A stretch of 64,000 nucleotides of DNA from Camelus ferus (taxonomy: Eukaryota): assembly GCF_009834535.1 (NCBI RefSeq), contig NC_045696.1, positions 118,980,001-119,044,000 on the forward strand, read 5' to 3'. The notes beneath the pieces are model-generated. The model worked only from the letters and a program-made list of their open reading frames with translations, did not search any database and was not told where the DNA came from. Made by a program: the position numbers and the translations under genes. Every line of letters starts with the position of its first letter. The stretch's first letter is position 1. Below are positions 38,909-51,810 of this stretch, piece after piece.

Positions 38909-39431
38909 CGTGCAAAACAGCAACACCCAGCTAAAGACGGCGCTGACGGTGACCACGCGTCGGCGATGTGTCATACACAGCAGACATTTTACGTGCGTTA
39001 TCTCATTTGACCTTCTCAACAGTCCTATGCAAAGGAACTGCTATCCTTCTTCTGCAGAAAAGGTAAGCGAGGCTAAATGCTAAAATCAGAGTCATGATTT
39101 CAGCTCAGGTCTGTTCTTCCCACCACGCCCAGCTGCCTTGTGAGCATAACCTCAGGTCTCAGAAGAACTCAGTACATGTTCGGTGAGCAAATGAATGAAC
39201 CACAGAGATGCTTTCTCAACCCTATCTATGTAGTTTAGGGTTGGTTGTTGCTTTGTCCAACTTAAAAAAAAAAAAAAAAAAGAAATGAGAGCCAGTACTG
39301 GGGTTCCTGCAATTGATTACGGGTTCCAGGGCAAATACAATGTGTTAAGCTGACCAAAGCATCACACAACTGGAATCAGAAAGGATCGACTTTTATACTA
39401 AGTCATCAGCAGCTTTTGTAAGTAACCCCAC

Positions 39432-39625
39432 CCATTTTTTTCTGTACACTTATTAAACAAGCATCTTCAGCCTCTAGCAACATTTTACAGCTTGCTTGTT
39501 GATTTCTTTATCTTCTACCTGTTCAAAAATGCCGGACTGGTTCTCATTGCAGTGGGAGGAAAAGCTTAAAAGAAGTAGGCACATAAGTCCAAAGACCCTC
39601 TTGTTTCCATAACAGACCTTGCAGT
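39432..39625 (-). pseudogene. Frameshifted exon resembling the N-terminal half of an RGS box
   Basis: gttgtgttttctccAG acceptor; LQGLLWKQEGL…SFKLFL/…NENQSGIFEQVEDK. Confidence 0.55.
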
Positions 39626-40329
39626 CTGGAGAAAACACAACTTTCTCTCGTAAAAGGCAAGGAAAACACAAAGTTCCCACACATGCCAGGCCACGTGACA
39701 ATTGTTTCTTCTCATTATAACCCTTATTAAAAGTAAAATATAGTCATGACAGAAGGGAGCTTTTGCTCTCTTTAAAATGAAAAAGGAATAAATTCTAAAA
39801 GTAGATCGTGGTGGAGACTGCACAACTCCATAAATTCACTAGAAGTCATTAAACTGTACATTTATGGAGTGTGAATTTTATGGTATGTAAATTTTACTTC
39901 AATAAAGCTGTAGAAAAATAATAATCAGTAAGGGAGGGTAAGCATAGATGAAACAAAATTGATAGTATGTTGATCATCATCGAAGCTGGAAAGTAGGTAA
40001 CGGGTTTGTTACGCGATGCCTTCTACTTCTATGGATGTTAGAGATTTTTTCATAATAGGAAGTTTACAAAGGAATGGAGTAGGGTCAAGACAGACCGCAC
40101 CTTTGGTCTTCCCCATTAAACCCTGCCAATCAAGGGAATATTTTGCCACTTCTCCACACCGTTGCACGTGGTGAATAATTACAATGATAATTACAATAAT
40201 AATGACGGTAGTTGCCACTGAGTGAGTTCTTACTGTGGCCAGGCGCTGGGCAAAGGGCTCTGAAGTGTTACATCTTTCCAAGAGCACTAGGAGGTAGGTA
40301 CTACATTTTTTTTTTAAAGATGAGTAACA

Positions 40330-40883
40330 TGACATCCAAATTTCTTTCTGTAATTTAGTATCTTAGTCTGTTCAGGCCACTATAACAAAAACATCATAAA
40401 CCAGGCAGCTTAACCAATGAACACTTATTTCTCACAGTTCTGGAGGCTGGAAAGGGCCAGCAGATTTGGTGCCTGGTGAGGACTCACTTCCTGGTTCATA
40501 GATGACAATCTTTTTGGTGTAACTTCACTTGGTGGAAAGGACCAGGGAGCTCTCTGGGGCCTCTGCTATAAGGTCACTAATCCCATTCATGGGGGTTCCA
40601 CCCTCAATGACCTACTCACTTCCCAGAGGCCCCACCTACTAATGCCATCCCCTTGTGGGGCAGGTTCTCTATATATGAACTTGGGGGTGGAGGACACAAA
40701 CATTCAGTCTCTAGCATTTAGTTACTAGCACTGTACTACTGTCAGCTTCTTCATTTTGACAAATGCTCCATGGCTATATAAGATGGTAACCTTAGGGGAA
40801 GGTGGGCAAAGGGCATACAAGAACTGTCTGTAATATCATTATAGTTTCCCTGTAAATCTGAAATATTCCCAAAGGGAAAAAAC
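40330..40883 (+). mobile_element. Old L1M 3' fragment inside a MIR, hosting an MLT1A LTR (40359-40716, minus strand)
   Basis: Outer TSD ttaaagatgagt(a/t)aca (40314-40329 / 40884-40899); inner 5-bp TSD TTTAG. Confidence 0.8.
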
Positions 40884-41204
40884 TTAAAGATGAGTTACAA
40901 ATGAGCAACATAGTAATTGCTCAGTGAAGTGATGAAATCTTGCCCTTCCCTTCAGGTGGACAGAATTGAGAACTGCCTTAGCTACTGCACTGATACGAGC
41001 CATGTCCCCTCACCACAAAGAAGGTTTAGTTGTAGACTCCCCAGGTGGTGATACTGGATGAGAAAGAAATATTTCTTTATTTAATGAGAAAGGGAACTAT
41101 TTTGTTCCTTCACCTAGGAAGGGAGGAAGAAGTTTATCCTTAAGGACCGTTCCCAGTGTCCCCTCCTTCACTGAGACCTCCCTGACCACCTGTTTTAGAG
41201 TTCA

Positions 41205-41227
41205 TACACACACACACACACACACAC
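41205..41227. repeat. (CA)n microsatellite
   Basis: Visible dinucleotide run. Confidence 0.9.
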
Positions 41228-41469
41228 GTCCACATCTCCGTGTTCTCCTGCCCTCACGGCTATTACCATTCACTGAAACCGCATTTATTTTCACTCCATC
41301 TTCCCCCATCCCACTAGCACATCAGCCTCCTGGGCTCAGAGCCAGGGTGTCTTGTTCACTGCTGTCTCATAGGGAGGGCGGTACTATTTCTACTCACATT
41401 TTACAGATGATGAAACTGAGGTCCAGGAAGTGTAAGAAATTTGCTTAGGGCCACCTGACACTATGAAAC

Positions 41470-41942
41470 TGTTGGGGAAGAAAACTGTCTTTTTCCTTCA
41501 ACTCTCCTAGGTACCCAACTGGGGCTCTGCAACAAAAGACAGATTAACAAGAGAAAGCGTACAAACTTATTTATGTCCTCCATGACACAGGAACTTTCCT
41601 AAGGAAATGAGGACCAGAAGTAGTTAAATCTGAGTGCTTTTATAGTAGGTTTGATGGAGAGTGTTAAGTTGTGGGAAAATGTGACTGGACAAAGGGCGTG
41701 CACTAAGAGTCTCCATCGGGGGGAACTTAGTAAGACCTGTCTTTTCAGATTCCTCTGTCTTGGAGATAAGGATGCTCCCTTCTTCCAGGTGTAGGGAGGG
41801 CACCTCTCACATGAGAGTCTTGTGACCTCCTTCAGAGGAAGGTCAGAGAGTGCTTAAACTTGCCATTTCTCATATTCCTTCAGCTTACCATATTCAATAC
41901 TTCAAGGGGTCATATTTGGGGGTAGCCTGTCCTAAACACTCC
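41470..41942 (-). mobile_element. MER34-like ERV1 LTR
   Basis: acaaaagacagattaacaagagaaa…gtcatatttgggggtagc. Confidence 0.75.
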
Positions 41943-43094
41943 TGGCGCCCCCTTCCTCGTCAAAACCATGTGAGAGTGCTACACCAGGGAGAGAGAAATA
42001 ATGCGTGTGCTTTAAAAGCACAGGGGATGTGGCAGTTACTTCTGACACGGGTGGTGGGGTGAGAGCAGGGGATTTCAGAAGAATGTCACGAAGGGAGAGA
42101 AACACAGGTTGGGGCTTGAGGAGGGAGGAAAGAGTCTCTACGAGCAGGGGAGAAGGGAGCAGAAGATGATCTCAATGAGAGAGATCACCAAGAGTGGCAG
42201 TGTGGGCGTGCGGAAGTGCATGGCGTTTTGGGGACAGCCACAGGTGTGAGAGCTTGGGGGCCCCCGAGACCAGGGATGGGATCAACAGGAAGGGTAGGTG
42301 GGGGTAGGAGCCTGCAATGGTTCAAAAAGTCACCCGCACAAGATTGGAAGTAATCCTCAATGATTCCAGCCCTTCTTTCCCTGAAGGGGGTCCTGACATT
42401 GCCCCCTCCCAAGGCTGTCCACGGATGACGGAGCAAGAGTGAGAACGGGTCAACTGGCCTCCAGCGCTCAGCCTGGCACCTGCCCACTCAGTAGTGCTGT
42501 CGGCACAGAGAGCCGGAAATAAATGCTCAGCTCTAACAGGACCAAAACACGGGTATTTTTTCCAGTAAACAGCCTCACTTCACCTCATTTGAACTCACAG
42601 GACACATCTCACTTTGTCCTGCTAGCAGGAAATTGATCCAAGAATGCAGGAATTTACTGATAAGATGTCTAGGTTGAAAGAAGAGCTGAAGTGCACACTC
42701 TTTTGTCCTCCTTTACCATATTTTTTTAAAACGAGGGCCATTTCTTAAGGAGAAACTCAACCTGGGTATGAAATTTTGCCCAAAGGGGTAAAAAATGTAG
42801 AAAGTCAGTTTCTGCAAAAAGCTTTAAAAACCAATATCCTTGCTCAGATTTTGGAGTCTAAATATTATTTAAGCAGGAAGTTTTCAGTTCTTAATTTCAT
42901 ACTTCCTTGAGCAAAAGGAGGCCCAACAGTTTAAATCAGATATTCTCATAAAAACAATGTTTATTTTTAAATGGACTTGAAGAAACTAGAAAATACTGTA
43001 TGTATTTGATCTACATATGATAGAAAAGCATTATTAATATTTCTTTTTTGTTTGTTTTGATTTGTATTTATTTGATCATTAGGTAAAATAGATA

Positions 43095-43220
43095 TATATA
43101 TATGTATATATATATATTTTTTTTTAATTGAAGTACCGTCAGTTACAATGTGTCAATTTCTGGTGTACAGCACAGTGTCCCAGTCATGCATAGACATACA
43201 TATATTCGTTTTCATATTCT
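43095..43220 (-). mobile_element. L1 3' tip with (TA)n
   Basis: tttttaattgaagtac…tgtcaatttctggtgtacagc. Confidence 0.8.
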
Positions 43221-44191
43221 TAATATTTCTAAGTAAGCCATTTTGCCCTGCATACTAGTAATGCATTATACTTACTAGTCACCTGGTTCTAAATTCTTTA
43301 TTCCCAAGTGCACCTGTGACAGTACATAAACTCTGCTAATGAATCCCAGTGCCTTGTCTGAGAAGAGATTTAGGATAATTAGAGGAACTAAAGTATGCCT
43401 TGTGAGTGAACTCGGAGCGGACCGCAGGAAGACGTTTCTGCTTCCACTGCTGCTGTCAGATTTGTAAGAGTATACACAAAGGCTGGAGACCACCTGGGGT
43501 GGCAACCAGGGAGTGTGCAGAGCCCGTGTCTGAGGCCCTTCCCAGACTTATCCCCGGCACTGAGATCCATCCGCGGGGTAACCACGACCAGCACAGCCAG
43601 CAAGCCCTGGGAGACGCAGGAACAGCGCCCCCACCCTTGGGCGTTAGCACTTGTCCTCAGTCAGACTAGTTCACCGCCCGGGGTGGAGCAGGAAGGTTTC
43701 CCTCTCCTCCCCCTTTACTGTTCAGGTGGTTACGTCGCTGCCGAAACACCTGTGGATCACTCACTGATTATAGGCAGTGAACTTTCCCCTGTCTTGAGGT
43801 GAAATCCCCAGCAGGATTCCAGCCACGCTGCCAGAAGAGGGAATTCCTCTCCACCACCCACTGCCAACAAGGACTTGATTTCAAATCCCTAAATCTAAGG
43901 CAACCCTCAGAAGCTGCCTGGGCCGCCCAGCTTGGGGGACTGCAGGACCCCCTTTTGCCAGCAGCTGCCCCATAAAGATGGAGTTTAGATGGCTAACCAT
44001 TGCGGGTAGAACACAGCCATTTCCTCCTAGGGAAAAGTGGCCCCAAATAGGTTACTCTACAAATTACTGTACAATAAGCCAGTTTTTCTTTAAAAAAAAA
44101 AAAAAAAAAAAAATCCAGCCCCTGTCACGATAGCGCTACCATGTTATCCTAACTGGAATCTTAGAATTTGAGACTTTAAAAAGTGACTTTG

Positions 44192-44298
44192 TGAACTATT
44201 ATGCTGTACACCAGAAAACTGACACAACATTGTAAACTGACTGTACTTCAATTTTTTAAAAATTAATAAATAATTAAAATTTTAAAAATAAATAAATA
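44192..44298 (+). mobile_element. ~100-bp L1 3' tip
   Basis: ttatgctgtacaccagaa…acttcaatt plus A tail; TSD aaaagtgactttg / aaaagcaactttg. Confidence 0.85.
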
Positions 44299-44684
44299 AA
44301 AAGCAACTTTGAGATGATCTCATCTAAGCATGCCAACTTACAGATGAGGAACTGAGCTCAGTGCATCCACATAACTTACTTAAGACCCTCCAAAGGATTC
44401 GTATTCCCTGAAGCTAGAAAAGAAATCTCCAGGTGCTGGAATAGAAATCTCCAGGTCCCAGTCTGGTCCTTCTGGAGCTAAAAGGTGCTATGCTGGTGAG
44501 AAGCAGAGCCCCGGGATGAATATGGCCCATTCTCAGAGAAATTTTCATGTAATGCTAATTTATTAACACATTATTTTTATACTAAAATACACGTTAATTT
44601 TTTTTTTTAAGTAAAACAAGTCTCCTCAAGGAAACTTTGTGCTTGTGGGAGCGTTTAAGGCTATGTTCCCAAGCCATGAACACC

Positions 44685-44995
44685 AGAGCTGTGCTGTCAG
44701 TATGGTAGTCACTAGACACAAGTGGCTATGAGCACCGGAAATAAGACAAGTCGAGATGCGCTGCAGGTATAAAACACACACCTGGTTTTAAAGACTTAGT
44801 TCCAAAAAAGAAGAACATTTCTCAATAATTTCTTATGGTTACATGTTAAAATGATAATACTTTAGAAAAATTGGTTTAAATAAAAAACATTATTAAAATT
44901 AATTTCACCTGGATTTTTTAACTTTTTAAAAAATGCTCTTAGTAAATTGGAAATTACGCTTGAGGTGTGCATTATCCTTCTATTGGACAGTGGTT
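44685..44995. mobile_element. MER33-like hAT element
   Basis: tatggtagtcactagacacaagtggcta…attaatttcacct…ctattggacag. Confidence 0.8.
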
Positions 44996-45009
44996 GGACC
45001 AAAGGGTAG

Positions 45010-45350
45010 ATACCAGGGCCGTTCAACAATTGGGTTCTCTTCCGTCCAGGCACACAGCAGGACTGCAGGTCCCTGCCCCCTATGAAATTAGGTGTGGTCA
45101 TTGGCTCTGGCCAATGAAATGTGAGCAGAAGAGACATATGGTCTTCTGGGCAGTGCACTGAACTGCCCTGCAGGGCACTGCAATGCCCTCCAAGCAGGTG
45201 GTGGACATGACTGTGGAGACTGACCGCCATCAAGCTGCTGGGAGCTGAGGCTTCTGCTGACTTGCCCTAGATATGGAAGGTGAGCACAAAATTAAATAGA
45301 ACTCTCTGGTGTAAAGGTGTGCAGGGCACTCTGCTACAGCAGCATCTTCC
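45010..45350 (+). mobile_element. Old MLT1 MaLR LTR
   Basis: aaattaggtgtggtca…tctggccaatgaaatgtgagcagaag. Confidence 0.65.
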
Positions 45351-46049
45351 AAATTTGCTCAACCACAGAACACTTTGAAGGGGTGATTTACTGACAGGAC
45401 ATTAGCGAGAGTTCGTGAGATATAAAGCATACTTAGCTCAGTGAAGACAGCAAAAACAGATCGCACAGATCAATTAATTGGGCCAATGATCAAATCTGAT
45501 TTGCATGTCTTATTATTCTTAGACTAAAACCCCAAATAAATCATTTTTATGTTAAGAATGAGCAAATGAAATCATTTATTCTACTTTTTCAAATACATTA
45601 CATTTCACCAAAATTTTTCATGACAATAATATTTTGTGCCTTTTTAAAAATCATGAGCCTGCTTAATATCAGAAACACTATTGCTGATCAAATTGCTGTT
45701 CCTAAATTTTGTTTTTACTATATTATGATCTGAAAAAAACTACATTTTCCATAAAATGAAGAACAATCTGATCAGTGTGCTTTGCTCTATTTAGGGACGA
45801 CTGAAGCAGGATTCTCCAAAATTTGTTTTATCCTGAATAGCTCACTTCCTTCCTTTTTCAGAAAACAAAGTCTGTAGTTTTTCACTTTCACTTTGAAGGG
45901 TTCACTTTTTTGCTTGTTTTAGATTGACACAGTTTATGACCTATTAAGATTCTGCTTTTTGTTTAAAACTCTTCTTTCCATCTTAAATCCACAGATAACA
46001 AGTTTATGTAGTATAAATATTTTTACATGCAATCAAAGCTAAATATTAT

Positions 46050-46268
46050 CAAATTAGTAGTTTGGGATTAGCAGATACACACCACTATATATAAAATAGA
46101 TAAACAACAAGGTCCTACTGTGAAGCACAGGCAACTATATTCACTACCTTTTAATAGCCTACAATGAAAAAGAATATGTGTGTATACATGTATAACTGAA
46201 TCACTATGCTGTACTCCAGAAACCAACACAACATTGTAAATCAACTATACTTCAATTTAAAAGACCCC
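46050..46268 (+). mobile_element. L1 3'UTR fragment
   Basis: TSD aaagctaaatattat / aaaactaaatattat; aacaacaaggtcctactg…. Confidence 0.85.
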
Positions 46269-46289
46269 AAAACTAAATATTATGATTTA

Positions 46290-46770
46290 TTTTGTATTTA
46301 GATAAAATGTATCACAACTTTTTAAAGTGGTTTTTAGTATATTCACAAGTCATGCCACCGTCACCACTAATTTCAGAAGTTTGCATCACCCCCAAAAGAA
46401 ACCCCATCCCTGTTAGCAGTTCCTCAGCACTTTCCTCTCCCCTCAGCTCCTGGCCACCCTTTTTGTCTCTGTTTTTGTCTTTTCCAGACATTTCTTACAA
46501 ATGGAATTATACAAGATGTGGTCTTCTGTCTGGCTCCTTCAGTTAGCATAATGTTTTCAAGGTTCATCTATGCTGTAGTCTGAATCAGTGCTCCATTCCT
46601 TTTTATGGCTGTATAATATTCCATTGCATGGAGAATTACCACATTTTGTTTATCCATTTATTACTTGATGGACATTTGGGTTGTTTCAACTTTGAGCTAT
46701 TATGAATAATACTGCTATGAGCATTCGCATACAGGCTCTCATGTGAAAATGTTTTTAATTATTTTGGGTT
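46290..46770 (-). mobile_element. L1MB-like 3' fragment
   Basis: catcacccccaaaagaaacccc…ataatgttttcaaggttcatc…gatggacatttgggttgtttc. Confidence 0.85.
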
Positions 46771-47426
46771 AAATTAAAATTTTAAAGCAAAAGGTAATTT
46801 TTAAGATGAAATGCATAACACAGATTTGGGTAAATTCTGCCCCTGTAGCAAAGTGTAGGTTAGATAACATGCATCTGTGCATCAGGTGGTGACTTCCTGG
46901 AGACCAGGGGCATGCTGGGAGACTTCCAACTGGCCTGCTGTGGTCCCAGCTTCGGACAGGCAGAGGCTTTCTCTTCAAGCCCCCATTGTCCACAACCACC
47001 ACCTTCTACTAGGTATCCACACCTGCCTCTGCTTTCCAGGGGGTTCCTGGGCATCCTGGCTGCTATCCACTTGTGGTGAGTTGGAGGGAGGCCCTGAGCA
47101 AAATCTCAGAGCACAGATGGCCACCTCTCACGCTGGATGGCAAACGTTCATCATGCTGGCCACTGTCTAATGGCACACCTCTCTAGACCACACCAGGAGG
47201 CACAGAAGGGCCCATGCTTGGCTTCGAGAGGGACTCCTGGGATTGGAAACACACAGTGCTGATTCTGGTGGGAGCTTACAGTCCCTCACTTGTATGCTGC
47301 ACCCCTTTCAAGTGGCACCTCCCCATCTTTCCTGATACATTTCTTTCCAATCCCACATTCTTTTTAACTATCTACCTTTCACCAGCATATTTTGAATTCA
47401 AGACTCAAATATGCTACCTTTATTTT

Positions 47427-47611
47427 TTTAATTTCTTTTCTTTTTAAAAATTTTCTTCTTTTTTTGTTTTTTCTTTTCATTTCTTTTTCTTCTCGCTGCT
47501 ACCCCTCCACCTGCCCCCCATTAACAGGGCACTGGGGATTGGACCCAGGACCTCATGCACACCAAGCACGTGCTCTACCTTTCAGCTATATATACCGCCT
47601 ACCCCTCCTCC
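47427..47611 (-). mobile_element. Vic-1-type SINE
   Basis: ctggggattggacccaggacctc; TSD ACCTTTATTTT (47416-47426 / 47612-47622). Confidence 0.85.
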
Positions 47612-48069
47612 ACCTTTATTTTCTTGTCCTCAGTGCCTCTGTCCACGCAGAGGGGAGGGTGACTCACGTCTGGCTACCTAGGTTGGGGGAAGGAGGAGGT
47701 AAAAAGCCCAAGGAAATGAAACTGATTATCACACATGACTTTGGAGTGGAAAAGGAAGTGGAGAAGAACACCAGTTGTTCATTTGCAGCATCATCCCACC
47801 CAGCAGTGTGCTCAGGAACACCATGCCACATCTGAGTGATAAATTATCCCATGAGACTGACTACAGGTTTGATATTTTCCTTAGACGTTTAAGAAGAAAG
47901 AAATTCACTAGTATCACTGTGACTCTTCCCCCACTGAACTCTACTGATGCCCAGCACAACCTTAACCCACCATGGGACTCAGTTTTGGAAATAAGGCACC
48001 TCAGGGCATGCAATCACTCAAAGTAGCTGTTTTGAGCTTCGTATCATTAGATGTCCTCAGTTGGCCCCA

Positions 48070-48470
48070 TTGAGGAGTCAGCACAGCTAGGCTGTGTTGC
48101 AGAAACAAATAGCCCCAAAATTGAATTGGCTTATAACAACAAAGGTTATTTCTTGTGTAGCTCTGTGCCCACGTGGGTCTGCTGTGGCTCTGTTCTGTGC
48201 CATTCTCACTCCAGGATCCCCACCGACCGGGCCTCCACTATCTGGAACGTTGATAACACGAGGAAAGCGAGAACAGGGTGAAGCAGACACTGGCTCCTTG
48301 CCTTGCCCCAAAGGGACACACATTACTTCCTCCTACATTTCATTGGCCAAAGCAAATCAAATCACACAGCTATGCCTAAAGCCACAGGGTGGGGATGAAC
48401 AATTCTCTCATGGGGAGGGCACTTTAGTGAGGAACCCTGAATTTTAGGGAATAATAAATAAGTCAACTAC
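48070..48470 (-). mobile_element. MLT1K/L-like LTR
   Basis: ctaggctgtgttgcagaaacaaa…catttcattggccaaagcaaatca. Confidence 0.65.
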
Positions 48471-49078
48471 ATGACCAGAACCAGAAAGCCTCACAAAATC
48501 TGGACCCTTGTGAGGGACCTCAGTCACCAAGCCATACCTTCTCTTCCCCTGCAAAGAGTTCTTCTTTGAGATCACTTGGGTCCTTTGGTTCTGGGACCAC
48601 ATCTCCTGGTCAAAGCCATCTCATTCAACTCCACCATCTTTCTCTAACTTTGAATCTCAGAAAGTAGGAACTGGGGTCTCAGACTCTTCCCTCTGAGAAG
48701 GCCCTTGGCTCCTTTTGCAAACTGGTCTCCTTCCTCTTTGGCAACGGGCATGGCATTCTCTACCTGTTCTAGTCCCTCCTCAGAAGCAATGTCAAGGGTA
48801 GGAAAGCCATCTCAGCAATGGGCTACATAGATAACTCCAACCCCAATCCCAGGCCAAGTCATGGAGGGCTCGAGACGTTTGAGCCACTGTTTCCCCATTC
48901 ATGACTTCCTCCATACAGGGGTGTTGTCGAGTTATAGAGTAAGTGCCACATCTTAGATATAAAACCATGTGATCAATTAAAGTCAGCAGGAAATGTAGTA
49001 AGTCAAAGTGCTCAACACATTCTATCAAAGATGCATGCTTGTGTTTATTATCCTAAATCTAAAAGCCTTCCTTCTTTT

Positions 49079-49848
49079 AAAAAAAAAGTTACTTTAAAAA
49101 TTTTGTTTTTTTATTAAGTGTAGTTGATTTACAATGTTAGTTTCAGGTATACAGCAAAGTAATTCAGCTATAAATATATACACACATATATATTTTTTCT
49201 TTTCAGATTCTTTTCCATTGTATTTTATTACAAGAAACTGAATATAGTTCCCTATGCTATATAGTAGGTCCTTATTGTTTATCTATTTTATATATAGTAA
49301 TGTGTATCTGTTAATTCCCAAACTCTTAATTTATCTCCCCCTCACCCTTTCTCCTTTGGTAACCATAGTTTGTTTTCTATGTTCATGAGTCTATTTTTGG
49401 TTTGTAAATAAGATTTGTATCCTTTTTTTAGATTCCACATATAAGTGATATCATATGATATTTGTCTTTGTCTGACTTACTTCACTTAATGTGATAATCT
49501 CTAGGTCCATCCAAGTTGCTGCAAATGGCATTATTTCATTCTTTTTTATGGCTGAGTAGTATTCCATTGCATATATAGACCACATCTTCTTTACCTATTG
49601 ATGGACACTTAGGTTGCTTCCATGTCTTGGCCATTGTAAATAGTGCTGCTATGAATACTGGTATGCATGTGTCTTTTTGAATTAGAGTTTTCTCCAGTTA
49701 TGTGCCCAGGAGTGGGATTGCTGGATCATATGGTAACTCCATTTTTAGTTTTTCAAGGAACATCCATACTGTCCTCCAAAGTGGCTGCACCAGTTTACAT
49801 TCCCACCAACAGTGTAGGAGGGTTCCCTTCTCCACACCCTCTCCAGCA
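49079..49848 (-). mobile_element. L1 ORF2 end plus 3'UTR
   Basis: agattccacatataagtga…cattcccaccaacagtgtaggaggg; degenerate TSD taaaagccttcctt / taaaaccctccctt. Confidence 0.9.
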
Positions 49849-51199
49849 TAAAACCCTCCCTTTCTTTGATCATATCAATTAAGATTGCATTCACCTGCAA
49901 ATAACAGAAAGCCCCAAAACTGACAACTTAAATAAGAAGGTACTTAAGGGAGTATTTTTTTTCATTTAACATGACGTTAACAAAGCTGGTACTGAAGCTC
50001 CACGATGCTACCAGAGTCCCACGCAGTTTCATTTTCTATTCTTGCACCTTTAATATGATGATTTTCAGGTCCGTGTTTGTCAATTCACGGTCCTCCAATG
50101 GTTACTGTCCCTCCATACCTCGCAACCACGTCCAAGGAGGAAAAGAGCAAGAGTGATGGGCAAGAGGGCTTCCTCTTCAGGACGCTGTGCCTTTTCATTC
50201 AGGAAGTGACACAACGGGGGCTTCTGCCTGTGCCTCGTTGAGCTGAAGTGTGTCATTCGTCCACTAGCAGTGCTAAAAAAGAAAAATTCCGCTTTTACAA
50301 CCTCTGTAGTTGGAACAGATAAGGGAGGAAAGGGTTGGAGGTTGAGTTTGAGTCAGCTAGCCTACAACGTCTGCCATGATCCCTCTCTTGTGAGGTTTTA
50401 CCCAGAATCTCTTTGTCCGGTCTGTAGCCCCACAATGCCACCTACTTCTGTGCCTAAATTAGGCATTTGATTAGATTGCACGTATCTCCTGTGAAGCCAC
50501 ATGATTATACTCCTGGGAGTGGCTGGTTTCCCCAGCTTCCCTGTTTGAAACCTCTGCAGTCCTGCCTTGGTAAACGCTCTAACGCCAGTTGGTTTTCTTC
50601 CAAGTGTTACATAACCGTATTATTCTTGGGTGATCAAAATTATGCAAAGAAATAGATGTTGCTTTCCGTTATATCTTAGAGACTCTAGTTGGTATTAATC
50701 TGACCTGATTTTTCACTAGATTTTTATTTTTAATTCTGTTCTTGGTTCAAGGCCATTTTTCTCAGATGGAGACCATTAATTTCTAAAATACTGATTGAAC
50801 CTGGTCACACTGAAATATTTTATTCTCAGTTTTACTCCTCACTATTTGACTTCCCTTAACATGCACCAAAATAGCCCATGTTAAAGGGCTGATACTATGA
50901 GGCGATAAAAAAATTCCATTGCACCCTTTCCCTAGAGAAGTGGGTATCTCTAGTTAGATAAGTATGGAAGACCATTTCAAGTGATTCTTACCTAAATAAA
51001 AAAGCCTGTTTCAAAATAATTTGCTGCATCTTACCTAGTAGAGTCAGTGACAAGCAGTATAACAATTCAGTTGTAAAAACACTACCATGCTTTCAAAAGG
51101 GGATGTGCAAATAAGAACCTATAAATTCCAATAGCCTGTGTGCTAAAGCCAATAGTAAGCAAAGGCTAAGAAGAAAAGGCAAATATGATTACTGTCAAA

Positions 51200-51365
51200 G
51201 CATGTATGACCAATCTTATACTTCTTTGGATTTAGTGAGATGCAGGAAAATATGGAGAAAGAGGAAATGGACTCAGATTTCGGTCTCAAACAAAAATCTA
51301 CAGACGTATTTAAATTTGGATGTCCCATCTGTTCGATGAAACAGTCATCTGTCGTATGTCTGTCC
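51200..51365 (-). pseudogene. RGS22-like exon remnant
   Basis: FIEQMGHPNLNTSVDFC…FSCISLNPKK; ungapped resemblance to recalled RGS22 FCEHSGNKLWKDSVYFW…FYQETLQPFK. Confidence 0.6.
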
Positions 51366-51369
51366 TCAC

Positions 51370-51810
51370 CTAATTCCTGTAGCACCATCCTGCCCCTTCC
51401 AACTTCTGGGCAGCTTGCAACAAATATATGGAGGGTGGTGCTGAGGGCAGCAGAGAGAGTGTTTCAGGATATCCTATGGCAGCTTCTGAACGCTTCCTTA
51501 GAAGCCTGCTGGCATTCACCTGCTGCTCCTTGTCTTTCCCTCCTCCTTTTTCCTGGCCAGAGTGCAGACGTGATGGACAAAATGGAGCCTCCGTCTTGGA
51601 CCACAAGGTGTCCTTGAAACTAGATGTCACGTGTGGTGGACTTACCAGACCCAAGCAGCCCTGAGACGTGGGGAAATTCCTCGAGCCACACCTGCCCTGG
51701 ACTGCCCACCTCCAGACTTTCATATGAGAAAAAAAAATTATCTTCAATCTTATTTTTGCCACTGTTGTTTTGAGGCTATACTTCAGACACACCTAACCCC
51801 AGTATACTTA
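51370..51810 (+). mobile_element. MLT1F/H-like LTR
   Basis: ccctggactgcccacctccagacttt…gccactg…acctaaccc. Confidence 0.6.
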
